Below are positions 37,561-48,581 of a DNA stretch of 64,000 nt, in pieces. The stretch is from Epithemia pelagica (taxonomy: Eukaryota > Protista > Bacillariophyta), in NCBI GenBank assembly GCA_946965045.2, contig OX337229.1, forward strand, positions 1-64,000, written 5' to 3'. Within the stretch, counting starts at the first letter, position 1. Each line of letters starts with the position of its first letter. Under the pieces are notes generated by a model that saw only the letters and a list, made by a program, of their open reading frames with translations, was not told where the DNA came from and did no database searches. Both the position numbers and the translations under genes were made by a program.

Positions 37561-38496
37561 ATGCCCTTTCCTCCCGTGAACCATCATCGACCACACCATG
37601 GCCGTGTCCAGGGACGCTTTCTTTCTTATGACGATTACCCTCCGTCTCCTTCGACATCTTCGACCTCCTCCATGTCTTCCTCTTCGTCAACAACAACCTC
37701 TAGCAGATCCATTCCAGCCTCTTCGAAACGTCGTCCCTGTTTTGCTTACCCCCAGTCCTTGGAAGAGGTTCCTCCTCCTCCAACAAGCGCGGCTTCAGCC
37801 GTGGCCGCCCGAAGAAAACGCAGTGAAACCGCAGGTTCTGCAGAACGTTCAGGTGCACGTGCCTGGTACAGCGACAATATGCAGGACATTGTGCTTCGCA
37901 AACAAGCTGCCTATGCTCAACCCCCCTCCTTGAGGAGTTCTCGTGCAAAAAGTCGCCCCTTTCGATCGACCACGTCAAGGTCGAGGGAAGTGTCCTGGAC
38001 ACCATCATCCGCGAAAGTCCTTGGTGCAGCAGCGAAATCCAATGACTCTTCTTCACCTACTTCACAACCAGTTCCGTCACCGTCACCTCAAGGCATTGTA
38101 CCCCGTCCCTTGGGCGGCGGTGAACTGAGCGATCCCGATACAGTGGTGGAATTGTGTCCAGGTGTCTATGCGCGATTGCGGGGAGCAGCCGAAACTTATA
38201 ACTGCATTGAAACGGACGGATACATCCCCGTCCTATGCGTGGCATGTACTCAGGAGATTTTGTGCATTGAGGATGCCTCATACGTCCTGTGTCCCCATTG
38301 CAAAATCGTCAGCCCCCTACCACGAGAACGAGAAGATCCCTTCCACACAACAGCCATGCCGTCGTCGGTAGTGGATGGCGGTGTCGGACTGGGATTCACA
38401 TACAACAACTTGTTTGAGTGGCAATCCCAGATTTTGAAGAAGCGCGACCTTGAGCTTCAGCAAAAGAGATCTCAAAGGCGACTAGAAGAAGTGTAA
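37561..38496 (+). CDS. Ser/Pro-rich LSD1-like zinc-finger protein, diverged paralog C
   Basis: 311-aa ORF with VELCPGVYARLRGAAET...CVACTQEILCIEDASYVLCPHCKIVSP...DGGVGLGFT, the same conserved block as paralogs A and B. Confidence 0.8.
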   Translation: MPFPPVNHHRPHHGRVQGRFLSYDDYPPSPSTSSTSSMSSSSSTTTSSRSIPASSKRRPCFAYPQSLEEVPPPPTSAASAVAARRKRSETAGSAERSGARAWYSDNMQDIVLRKQAAYAQPPSLRSSRAKSRPFRSTTSRSREVSWTPSSAKVLGAAAKSNDSSSPTSQPVPSPSPQGIVPRPLGGGELSDPDTVVELCPGVYARLRGAAETYNCIETDGYIPVLCVACTQEILCIEDASYVLCPHCKIVSPLPREREDPFHTTAMPSSVVDGGVGLGFTYNNLFEWQSQILKKRDLELQQKRSQRRLEEV

Positions 38497-39013
38497 CCGT
38501 GCCGTGTGCCTCATCTCAACTTCATTCTATAAAAAGAATAATGACCTCACTTCGTGGAGAAACTTCAATTTCGTAGCCATACCAAAACCTCTCCTCTAAA
38601 GAACGCTCCTCTGATCTTTACTCCATCTGGAGCTGAACAGAGTTTCATGACCACTGCTTGTATGTCTTTCCTGAATTTTGTTACACGTTTTGTCGGAGAG
38701 GTAGCTGCCTTCTATACAGCACGTTCGGCAATCAATCGTTGTTTACGACGCAGTGTCAATCTTGGTTTCTCCTCCAGGGTTGACCAAGTCCTAAGTCGAA
38801 CGAAGGAAAAGATTCACTTTTGGAGTATGAGCTGAAAAGAGACTTGATGTATTGGTGCGGTTGGTCCTGCATCACCCATGAACATTTTTCACCATAGACT
38901 TGCCTAGAGGCTCTACGCAATTCGTTGGTGAGGAATGTCCATAGGTGATGCACACAAAGACTTTGATAGGGTGATTGCTTTATAACATGCACCTGACCGT
39001 AGCACCATTGGTC

Positions 39014-39222
39014 AAATATGGACTCGAGAGAACCCCGAAAAAAACTCACTCTCGTTTTAGGTGAATAGGGACGGTGGCAGTAACACCTTTGGCCATATTT
39101 CTTTCAAGGAATGAAAAATATGGACTCGAAAGGGACACCCACTCTCGTAAACTCACTCTCGTTTGAGGTGAATAGGGACGGTGGCAGTAACACCATTGGC
39201 CATATTCCTTTGAAGGAAGATG
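39014..39222. repeat. Two-copy tandem duplication, period ~102 bp
   Basis: AAATATGGACTCGA...AAACTCACTCTCGTTT.AGGTGAATAGGGACGGTGGCAGTAACACC.TTGGCCATATT is repeated from 39014 and 39116. Confidence 0.85.
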
Positions 39223-40734
39223 CACATTAGCATATGCATGAAACGGGGATACTATCACGTTGGATAGTCGGTCAAAGCCTGAAAAGCAGAATATTAGACT
39301 CTTTGAATCGAAACAGTTGAGCGCCGCATCTTACTGGTTTTTCCGTCATCCTGGCGGTTGTTCTCTCGTAGGTTTTTCTCCCATTCTCTCTCCTTCTCGG
39401 GGTAAAGTGAGACGAGGACACACTCTACACATGTAGTGCAACTATGCGACGAGCCAGATCCTTCTCTCTCTTTGTCGGCATGTCTTTCGAGAAGCCTTCA
39501 GAGATGGAAGGCCCGGTCTGAGACACAAAAGGTGATTCTTGCGGCCGCTACAAAAAGTCAACGAGCATTTCCTCCGGCACTATCATTGGTGCGCCTCCAC
39601 CGCTGGGCCTATCACGGGCTTAACTGCTGATAGGTTCCAGAGCGTGCCATTGTCGGAAGGGGACTTTTGTGAACCTGAATCGGAATGGAAAATGCTGTTG
39701 CTGAACTCTGTCTAAAAAATGTGATGCCAGTGTCAAACGTCAAACGGCTGGCAAAGCTACGCATGCCGTGCTGGTGTTCTGGTTTATTTATGGTCGATAG
39801 TCAACCGTCTCACGCCGGCCATCACCACGAAATTAATTGCGGTTCGCAAGCCAAGGCTATGCTTCCGCGGTGAGCGAGTCGAGACGCTGGACGAACAAAA
39901 GGAGGTGCGCAAGCACTCATCCGTCGTGTCGCACCTCTTTTTCTAGAGGGATGAAAACCAGATGGAACAGCAAAAACCATGATGGAAACTACTCCTATAA
40001 AAGTGCTGGAAGGGCCAGGGTGATATAGTAACTAGACGAGGGCCCGACCCACATGGCCGCAAAAGGGCACAACAGGAACGTTCAGACGGTATGGATCATT
40101 CTTGTGATGCAAGAAAGGCAATCACATGCTGGAGCCAAACTACAACCTACCTATACGAGCAAGGCATCAATCCCTGAAAAATGGCTGGTGGACCATGTTT
40201 CTTCCTGCGGACAACAGGCTAGAAGCAAAAGCCAAAACAACAACAATCCACCATGGCGAAGGAGCGCACCGACTTGACTCATCCATCAACCTACGCTACG
40301 AACTTGGTTGTATCCAATTCTGTGTTGTCCACCTTTGAAAGCCGCAGTATACCTAGTATCCGATCGAACCTACGTACCATGCAGTCATGACAATCCACCG
40401 GGCAAATGGAAGAACAAAACTCTTGCTATGGATGGAAGTTGTCGTCATTTGTTGCACCGAGGGTTGGTATCATACAGAATGACGAATTAATTTCTAGAAT
40501 CAATAGTTTGCTTCCTCCTCGATTCCTTCCGACTCGCTCTCGAGAATGCGAACTCTCCTGCATCCAAACAGGAAGACGGTCATCTCCTCTGCCATGAGAT
40601 TGAGATTCTATGTTCGAGTCGAGCAGTTCCCTTAGGACGACAAAACCGCCCAATCACTGTCGGTAGTGGACCATCCAATAGTAGTCAGAAGGGCCTGGTT
40701 CGGAACTTGTGGTGTCCGAGGCCGAAGACGACGA

Positions 40735-42281
40735 TTACGCCAATGGCACTAACAATCGAGAGGCTTCCTCTGGATCATGACAAGCATTGGTTGTTGGCAT
40801 CAGGATACTGGTAGGGCTGTCCAAGGACGTTGGAGAGGAATCCGAGATGATGTCCGTGGAAGAATGAGGGGAGTCGGCTTTGGTCGTTGTGCTGGTTGTA
40901 GGATTGGGCGTTACCACGGCAAACACGGCCACACCGGTGACAACCAAGACCAAGGAGGCGGCTTTGCGGGGCGAAAAACACACGGCCGCATTGCTGACAT
41001 TCCACCAATTGTCTTCGTCCTCCTCCTTGTCGTCTTGACAATACACGAGATGGGCCGCTCCAAAGACCAAGACGGCTTGCAACCCCTTGAAGATGCCGGC
41101 CGTGACGGATCCTCCTCGGTAATTTTGCAGAGTATAAAAAAAGGTGGTGGCATGAAACCAATTCATGACCGCAAAGACGACGAGCCATACAACACACCAC
41201 GTGTACCATGGGGTCATGTCATCTACGTCATGACATGAGGCTTGTTCTTGAATCGGATCGACTACAGCTGTCTGCCAATGGGGGATGGTATAGATGCATT
41301 GATAGAGTGTCATCAAGACGGTGTTGTTCCCATATTGCAAGACTGTAATTTGCGGTACAGTCAACACATCTTGACTACTCGTCGTGTTGCTGTTGCTCCT
41401 CGAAACGGTTTCGTTCGTATTGTTGCTGCTGTTTTGATGTTCGTTGCTCGTGTCCTCGTCATGGTTGTTGTTGTTGTGGTTGTTGTTGGTTTGTGACTTG
41501 TGCACCGAGTCGACCGACGATCTGGTACACTTGGACTGTCGTCCCTTTAACAAGGCTTCGTTCCAGACATAAATACCAGCACGCAAAACGGATCCAATCA
41601 AAACCAACAAGGTCCCTTGAATGACTTACTGCTTTGATTGCTGTTCCCCTTGAGACTCGCCGCCGTGTTAGGAGCTGTGAGTTCCGGGTCGTCGACAATG
41701 TCCAAGGAAACCTGTGTGTTGGTGGTCGTAGTACTGCTGGCATGGTGGGCTCCTATTGCTGCTGCTTCTTCTTCTCGTTCTCCTCCCACACTATCCCATG
41801 CCGTGACGGTCAATCCGACAAAGACCCAGGCCACCGCCATCCATTGAAGGAGGGACAAGCGTCGATCCAAGACAATGCGGGCCCAAACAGCCGTCCAAAC
41901 CGTGAGGGACGAGTAGACAATGGCAAACAAGGTCGGTCCAGCGAGCGTGGAACCCGTATAATTCAAGCCTTGGGCAAACCCATCGACCACGGCCAAGGCA
42001 ATGGCCCGGAGACACACATGACGGGCCGGCCAGGGTGGGACAACACGGCGACCACTACTACTCCAACCATAACAAGAAGCACAACAATTCATGACCTGAA
42101 AGATCCAAAGACTGGGTCCCATGTAATAAAACAAGAGGTACAATTGCGCACTTAGATCGGCCACCCCCAATGTTTTGCCGACCGTCAAGAGCAAGGGTTG
42201 ACAAACACCTGTCAAGACGTAGACATAGGCTACGCTTTCCAGCAAAAGCGTGCGTCTCCACGTGTTTGTCGAGGTAGACAT
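40735..42281 (-). pseudogene. DMT-superfamily (EamA/SLC35-like) multi-pass transporter, frameshifted paralog
   Basis: YVLTGVCQPLL...AQGLNYTGSTLAGPTLFAIVYSS...RRLSLLQW in one frame, then VIQGTLLVLIGS...GIFKGLQAVLVF in the -1 frame (break near 41622-41632). Collinear with the intact paralog at 45904-47595. Confidence 0.8.
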
Positions 42282-42916
42282 GATTTTGATGATGAATTTG
42301 GTCCTTTGAAGGTCAAAGGTTCTGCACCAATCCAACCAAAACTGTGAGATTACCGACCCAAAACAGGCACAAAGAACAACAGTAGTGCTGTCCTTCCTGT
42401 CAACAAACCGCGAGGTGACAAAGCCTTGACACGTACCGAATAGATCGCTTGATACGAATGTATAGTTGACTGATTGGAAGGATGAATGGTGGAATCCTTT
42501 GGTGGAGTCAAGAGTCGAGGTGAGCGAGTTGGTTCTCATCCGGCATCAACGATCAAAGTAAGTGTAAAGTGTCTGCAGTCTGCCTCCTCGAAATCTGTGG
42601 AAGGCTCATGTTTCAGCTGTCTTGCGTCATGCAACGTGTTCTCGTTTTTCTCCGGTGGGGGGAATGACAGACCCCCAAAGCGAATCTCGCGCGCCAAACA
42701 TGCTTCTCTTCGCCTTCGCAACGCAGACACAGAAGGATAGACTACCCGTTGATTGAAGCCCTTGTTCCCAACAAGTCTTTGCTGTCGGTTGTTCTATTAT
42801 TCGATTTACTCGTAGTCTCGTTTCTACTTTAGTTCTCCAGGATTGAAATAATGATGTTCTTGCTTCTTTGTCAGTATGGATGAATGGTTTCCCCCGATAC
42901 TAGGTAATAGATGGTT

Positions 42917-45214
42917 CTAGGATTTCTTTTTGGAGGGTGGTGGTCCACGGGCAGTAGTGGTTCTCGGTGGCGGGGCTGTCGCACCGGCAAAGAGGGGACG
43001 ACTGGGCGGAGCCGTCGTGGAGGAGGATGGTGGTGGTGGTGGTCCTCCAAGGTTGTTGTTGTTGTTGTTGGTCGTCTTGTTCAACGGATGTTTGGGATAG
43101 GGTGTCATGCGTCGAGGAGGGGGAGCATGCGGCTGCTGCTGCGGCCCTCGATGAGTAGTGGTACGGGGTGTCGTCGTTGTTGTGGTGGCAGGATCGGCCA
43201 AGGGCGGTGTTGTCGTGGTGGGTGGTTCTTGAATGCGCACCTTGGGTGGTGGAGTGGTGCTGCCGTACTGTTGTTGTCGATTCCGCTTGGCAAAGTTGCT
43301 GCTGCTCCGTTTCGACAAACCATAGCAACCACAACCACAACAACAGGTGGCGAGCAATCGCACCGTCACGAGACTGACCACGACGAGCAGTCCTCCTTGA
43401 ATCCAATACAAACTTTCTTGAGGTTCCGTGGCCCAGTATTCCGTGACATGATAGAGCAAGGAGGAGGGTGATGTGGAACCGATTGTATTGTCGTCGTCGT
43501 CCCCATACTGGGTATGGGAGTCGCGCGGGGCATCCGGGTAGTAGCGTTGTTGGACGTGGTCAAAGAGCGATTTGGCAAAGGGCGTCCAATACTGGTGGAG
43601 GAGGATCGATTGTCCGCGAGCATAGTGTTGCAGCACCAAAGGTTTCCACTCGTTCGTCCACGGTTCCTGCACGTATTCGTCCCAGTACTCGAGGACGGGG
43701 TCCCACCAGGGTTGCACGGCCGTGGGATAGACTTGGGTCGTATAGACCTGGTGGGCGTGTTGGAGCGTTTCCCGACTGGTGGTCCAGGCCGTCTGACTGC
43801 CCTGCACGAGCTTGGGCCAGGCCCAAATCACGCCTTGTTCCAGGGCCCGGGGCATGGTTTGGCACACATGGACGCGGTAAAAGTGCCGCACGGCTTGTGC
43901 GGTAGGATGCACGACTTTGTGTTGCAGCCATTCGGAAACGACCGTGGCAGTCTGACCCGTGGTCTCCCATGCCACGAGAGCAGCTGGGACCATGTAGGGT
44001 TGTACGACAAAGTCATTGAGGGGATCCAAGACGGGTTGTCCCACGAGGTACACTTCATAGCCCAAGGGTTGGACGAGGCGATCGTAGACGGTTTGACCGA
44101 ATCGTGTCAGAGGGTGGCCAATCCATCGTTGCAACCATCCCAGACGATAAAGTCGTACAATTTCATGTGCTTGCAACAAGTCTTGACGTGCCTGCAACAA
44201 ATCGTTAATGAGTTGCGTGTGTTGTCTTTCCAATTGTTGTAACTCGGCTTGAACCTGTTGCAATTCGTCATGTGTCAAAGTGTAGCGACGATGCAAGGTT
44301 TGAAGGTGCCCCTCGTGGGCTTGTTCGAGTTGGAGAGTCGTTTGTTGAATGGCTTGTTCCACGAGTTGGGTGGTCGCCGAATGTTGGGTTTGCTGAGCAT
44401 CCAGGGCCGCTTGGATACGGGCCTCGACGGTCGCTTGGACCTCGTTGTGCGTCTGTTGCAATTGCTGATGATGCTTTTGGGCCTGTTGGTCCAGTTGGTC
44501 TTGCACGGCTTGCAGACGGCCTTGCCATTCTTGGGCTGTTTCCTCTTGTGCGTGTTGAAGGGCCGTGGTACGACACGCCTCGAGTTCGGTCGAATGACGG
44601 TCCTGTGCCGTGGTCAAGGAGTGTTGAGCGTGTCGCAATTGCTCTTGCAAGTCCGCAATCTGTGTTTCGTGGCGAGTCGATTGTTCTTGTTCTTGTTCTT
44701 GTTGCTGTTGTTGCAAGGCTTGTTGATGGACTTGTTGCAACTCGTCCAATTGCCCTTGACAGGCCGTGTGGGCCTCGGTTTTGTGTTGTTGCATCGTTTG
44801 CGTACATTCCGTGGCAAGTTCGTCCCGAACGGCTTGCACGGATTGCGTCAATGTGGTTTGCCACTGTTGCTCGAGGGCTTGTCGATCCAGGGTCGCTTGT
44901 TGGTCCTGAGCTTGTTGCAATTCCAATGCTCGACTCTGCCACATGGCTTGACACTTTTCTCGCAAGGCTTGTTCCGACAACTCGGCCGCTGGACAAGTCG
45001 TCGTAGAAGAAGAAGAAGATGCGGCATTTTCCTCTGGTTGCGTGTCGACTGGATCCTGGTCCATGGGTGGGTCTGACGAGGACAAGGGGGGTTCTTGCTC
45101 GTCTCTTTCAATTTGTTCGTCTGCTTGTGCCTCGATTCCAGTCACCACAACGTGACTGGACCACAACCACGAGAGGCACAGCCACACCACGAGGGGAACT
45201 GGATTCCGTCTCAT
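42917..45214 (-). CDS. Signal-peptide, Gln-rich coiled-coil, single-pass membrane protein of unknown function (~765 aa)
   Basis: ATG at 45214 gives MRRNPVPLVVWLCLSWLWSSHVVVTG, a long Q/E/L heptad region, the TM segment YWIQGGLLVVVSLVTVRLLA and a Pro/Thr-rich tail. Confidence 0.75.
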   Translation of the reverse strand: MRRNPVPLVVWLCLSWLWSSHVVVTGIEAQADEQIERDEQEPPLSSSDPPMDQDPVDTQPEENAASSSSSTTTCPAAELSEQALREKCQAMWQSRALELQQAQDQQATLDRQALEQQWQTTLTQSVQAVRDELATECTQTMQQHKTEAHTACQGQLDELQQVHQQALQQQQQEQEQEQSTRHETQIADLQEQLRHAQHSLTTAQDRHSTELEACRTTALQHAQEETAQEWQGRLQAVQDQLDQQAQKHHQQLQQTHNEVQATVEARIQAALDAQQTQHSATTQLVEQAIQQTTLQLEQAHEGHLQTLHRRYTLTHDELQQVQAELQQLERQHTQLINDLLQARQDLLQAHEIVRLYRLGWLQRWIGHPLTRFGQTVYDRLVQPLGYEVYLVGQPVLDPLNDFVVQPYMVPAALVAWETTGQTATVVSEWLQHKVVHPTAQAVRHFYRVHVCQTMPRALEQGVIWAWPKLVQGSQTAWTTSRETLQHAHQVYTTQVYPTAVQPWWDPVLEYWDEYVQEPWTNEWKPLVLQHYARGQSILLHQYWTPFAKSLFDHVQQRYYPDAPRDSHTQYGDDDDNTIGSTSPSSLLYHVTEYWATEPQESLYWIQGGLLVVVSLVTVRLLATCCCGCGCYGLSKRSSSNFAKRNRQQQYGSTTPPPKVRIQEPPTTTTPPLADPATTTTTTPRTTTHRGPQQQPHAPPPRRMTPYPKHPLNKTTNNNNNNLGGPPPPPSSSTTAPPSRPLFAGATAPPPRTTTARGPPPSKKKS

Positions 45215-45903
45215 GGTAGTAGGTAGTATGAATATAGGAGTAATGCTCCTCCGAGAGTTGCGCGCCAACCAAGAAATCAAACTGCCAGCACAAGGTGAAG
45301 AAGAGATCTTGTGTCTGTACAAAAGCGAGCTAGAGCGAGCCAGAAACGAATGTCTCAACACACAATGAGGATGAGAGAAAACAATCTTGCGAAAAAAGGT
45401 GATCGTATCGGCTCCACCCCCCAAACACAATAATTCAAAAAACAATGACCGCATGCACAACGCACAACACCTCACACCGTCTGCCTGTCGCACGCTTTCC
45501 TTCACCTTCGTGGTGCGTCTGTCATCACGCTCTACCTCTTGCTTTCTTCTGGCTACTCCTAGAACTAGATCCATTCCAAGCAAAGAAGAAAGCACATTGT
45601 ATTCTACAGAAAGCATCTAGTTAGAGTTACAACAACAACAACAACAACAACAACACAATGGCTTGTCTGTATACACATACACACAAGTCTACCGAAATAA
45701 ATGCAGCTCCAAAAAGAGAAAGAGAGATGGAGAGAGAGAACGAGGACCACAGAATCGCATTGTTGTACAATGTGAATGGATGGACACCAAACGAAAAAGA
45801 GGAACGACCAAAGGGACAAGACTTGGGAAGCACACCGTCCTTTCGACAACACGTTGGTAGGGACCGTGGCTGTTTCTCTTGTGTGTATTTTCGAGGAGTA
45901 TTT

Positions 45904-47595
45904 CTAGGCCAATTCCACAGTGGCCGCAGCAGCGGCAGACGACGACGAGGAGGACGAAACGGTACGGTCGCTGTCGGTGGAATGTTGTGGGATCCAACAA
46001 TACGGATGATTGTTGTTGGAGGGAGGACGGCCAGCAGCAGCAGCATCATACTCGCTTTGACTGGTCGATACCAACAATCGAGTGGTTTCCTCTGGATACG
46101 ACGACGACGTGTTGTTGTTGGTGAGTGCGCATGGTGCATCCGACTCGTCCTCCTGGTCCTTGTCGTTGTTTGGCATGGGTTGGGTGGTGGTTGTGGTACA
46201 AGTAGTATTGGGATTGGGTGTGACGAGGGCAAAGCAGGCCACACCCGTCACGACCAACACCAAGGAGGCGGCTTTGCGGCGAGAAAAGCAAACGGCCGAC
46301 TGGCTGACATTCCACCAAGGTTCGTCGTCATTGTTTTCGTCGTCGTCATTGTCGTCTTGACAATACACGACATGGGCGGCTCCAAAGACCAAGACGGCTT
46401 GCAATCCCTTGAGGACACCGGCCGTGACGGATCCCCCCTTGTAGTTTTGAAGGGTATAGAAAAAACACGTGGCATGCAACCAATTCGTGGCGGCAAACAC
46501 GACCAGCCACACCACGGCCCACGTGTACCATGAGGTCATGTCATGTACGTCATGCCGTGTGGCTTGTTCGTGAATCGGTTCAACGACGGCCGTTTGCCAA
46601 TGGGGAATGGTATACAGGCATTGCCAAAGAGCCATCAAGAGCGTATTGGTACCACATTGCAAGACGGTATTTTGGGGAACGGTCAACACGTCTCGTCGTG
46701 TAGGAGTAGTAGGAGTAGTACGGCTCGTTGTTGTGTGCGTGTGGTGGATGGAACCCGAGTCCACGGTCAATGGTTTGGTACTCGACGACGACGACGACGG
46801 TCGTCCCTTTAACAAGGCTTCGTTCCAGACATAAATGCCGGCATGGAGGGCCGATCCAATCAAGACCAAGACGGTACCTTGGACAACGGCACTGTGATGA
46901 TCGCTGCCGCCACTAGCTGTAGTGTTGGGGTGACTGTGTACGAGTCGGGCGGAGGAGGAGGAATCCGGAACCAACCGTGCGGTAGTGGCCACCTCGTGCA
47001 GGACAGCTGTAGTAGATCCAGAGTGTGATGGTTTGGCAGTTTCTCCTTGTTCTCCTTCACCACCACCACCACCACTTGCACCGACACTATCCCACGCCGT
47101 GACCGTCAATCCGACAAAGACCCAGGCCACGGTCATCCATTGAAGGAGGGACAAGCGTCGATGCAAAATGAGGCGGGCCCATACGGCCGTCCACACTGTC
47201 ACGGAGGAATAGACAATGGCAAACAAGGTCGGTCCGGCGAGCGTGGAACCGGTATAATTCAACCCCTGCGCGAGACCATCGACGACCGCCAATCCAATGG
47301 CCCGCACACACACGGAACGACGAGGCCAAGGTGGTTGTCGTCGTGGGACAACACGTCGACCACTCCTCCAACCATAACAACAAGCACAACAATTGATCAC
47401 TTGAAAGATCCAAAGACTGGGTCCCAAATAATAAAATAAGAGGTACAATTGCGCGGATGGATCGGCCACCCCCAAGGTTTTGCCCACCGTCAACAACAAG
47501 GGTTGACATACTCCCGACAAGACGTAGAGACTGGCCATGCCTTCCAACCACACAGTGTGTCTCCAAGTACCATGCATGGACGACGAGGACGACAT
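45904..47595 (-). CDS. DMT-superfamily (EamA/SLC35-like) transporter, intact paralog (563 aa)
   Basis: Uninterrupted ORF with about 10 hydrophobic segments in two halves and the same motifs as 40735-42281. Confidence 0.85.
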   Translation of the reverse strand: MSSSSSMHGTWRHTVWLEGMASLYVLSGVCQPLLLTVGKTLGVADPSAQLYLLFYYLGPSLWIFQVINCCACCYGWRSGRRVVPRRQPPWPRRSVCVRAIGLAVVDGLAQGLNYTGSTLAGPTLFAIVYSSVTVWTAVWARLILHRRLSLLQWMTVAWVFVGLTVTAWDSVGASGGGGGEGEQGETAKPSHSGSTTAVLHEVATTARLVPDSSSSARLVHSHPNTTASGGSDHHSAVVQGTVLVLIGSALHAGIYVWNEALLKGRPSSSSSSTKPLTVDSGSIHHTHTTTSRTTPTTPTRRDVLTVPQNTVLQCGTNTLLMALWQCLYTIPHWQTAVVEPIHEQATRHDVHDMTSWYTWAVVWLVVFAATNWLHATCFFYTLQNYKGGSVTAGVLKGLQAVLVFGAAHVVYCQDDNDDDENNDDEPWWNVSQSAVCFSRRKAASLVLVVTGVACFALVTPNPNTTCTTTTTQPMPNNDKDQEDESDAPCALTNNNTSSSYPEETTRLLVSTSQSEYDAAAAGRPPSNNNHPYCWIPQHSTDSDRTVSSSSSSSAAAAATVELA

Positions 47596-48581
47596 GATGT
47601 GGGAGGTTCAATCTTCCAAACGACAAGAGAATGGCTCGCTACGGAGAGAAAAGAGACTCTGTGAGAGACGTATCGATTCCAACACAACACACAACTGTGA
47701 GGTGACAGGGCTTGGCAACGTACCTACTACTGGAGCAAACTTGACGAAACCGTGGAGTCACTGTGGTGATTGGAATGAGATGAGTGATCTCGAATCGGTG
47801 TTGGTTGTCGTTTTCGGAGTGTCGTTGCGCAGAGTTGCTTCCAACTTCCAATTGTTGTGTCTTTTGTGTTCAAAGGTTCTTTCCTCGTGTGTCTTTCGTC
47901 ACAACAAGATTCCTTGTCTTCCTTGCAATAGAATCTTCTTTCATGATGGCGGCACACACCTCTACTGCAGTCGAAGAGAAGGCTCAATTTGCAATTTTTA
48001 GTTCCCCCTTTATTGGATGTCGTGGCTACAGCTGCCTTGCGTCATCGCATCGTGTGTTCTTTCTCTTTCTCTGTGTGGTTGATGGACAGACGATGGACGG
48101 AGTTGCCGAACGCGAATCTCCGGCTGGTCGCGCGCCATGCAGAGAAATTCGGAACGGGACATGCGCGCACAGGCCCAGCATTTCAAATACATACAGCACG
48201 CTTCCCCCGACCATGAATTTGGTACATCGTCCCGCGCGCATAATTTCCGATACCAGTAGACAAGACACTCGCCAAGCAAGAAGCAAAAGAGAAGAGAGAT
48301 CCTGGATGTAAAGCAGAAGATTGCAGATGGATGGACTCACACGAATGCACCTCTATTAACAAAACCACACAAGCGAACACAATCTCATCCTGCACCTCTG
48401 TCTGCCGGAGATGCACCTTTGAAAACCCAACTGTGCTAGTCATTTCGTAGAGATTGTTTGGAACCACAATCACACTCGCATTCATCTCTTTTCCTTCATT
48501 GATTGATTGGATCCGCATCATCCTCATTCTTTGATTACCCAAGACATTCATTCTTTTTTGAAACCCGTCCGTACCGTACCC

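Noticed and set aside
29630-39222. Short direct repeats as a possible CRISPR-like array
   Set aside because: Only two-copy tandems without unique spacers, no cas genes, and a eukaryotic context.
41617-41630. A 14-nt GTAAGT...CAAG mini-intron that would restore the DMT frame
   Set aside because: Far below normal diatom intron size, and splicing it would delete the VIQG residues conserved with the intact paralog (VVQG). A simple indel is more parsimonious.
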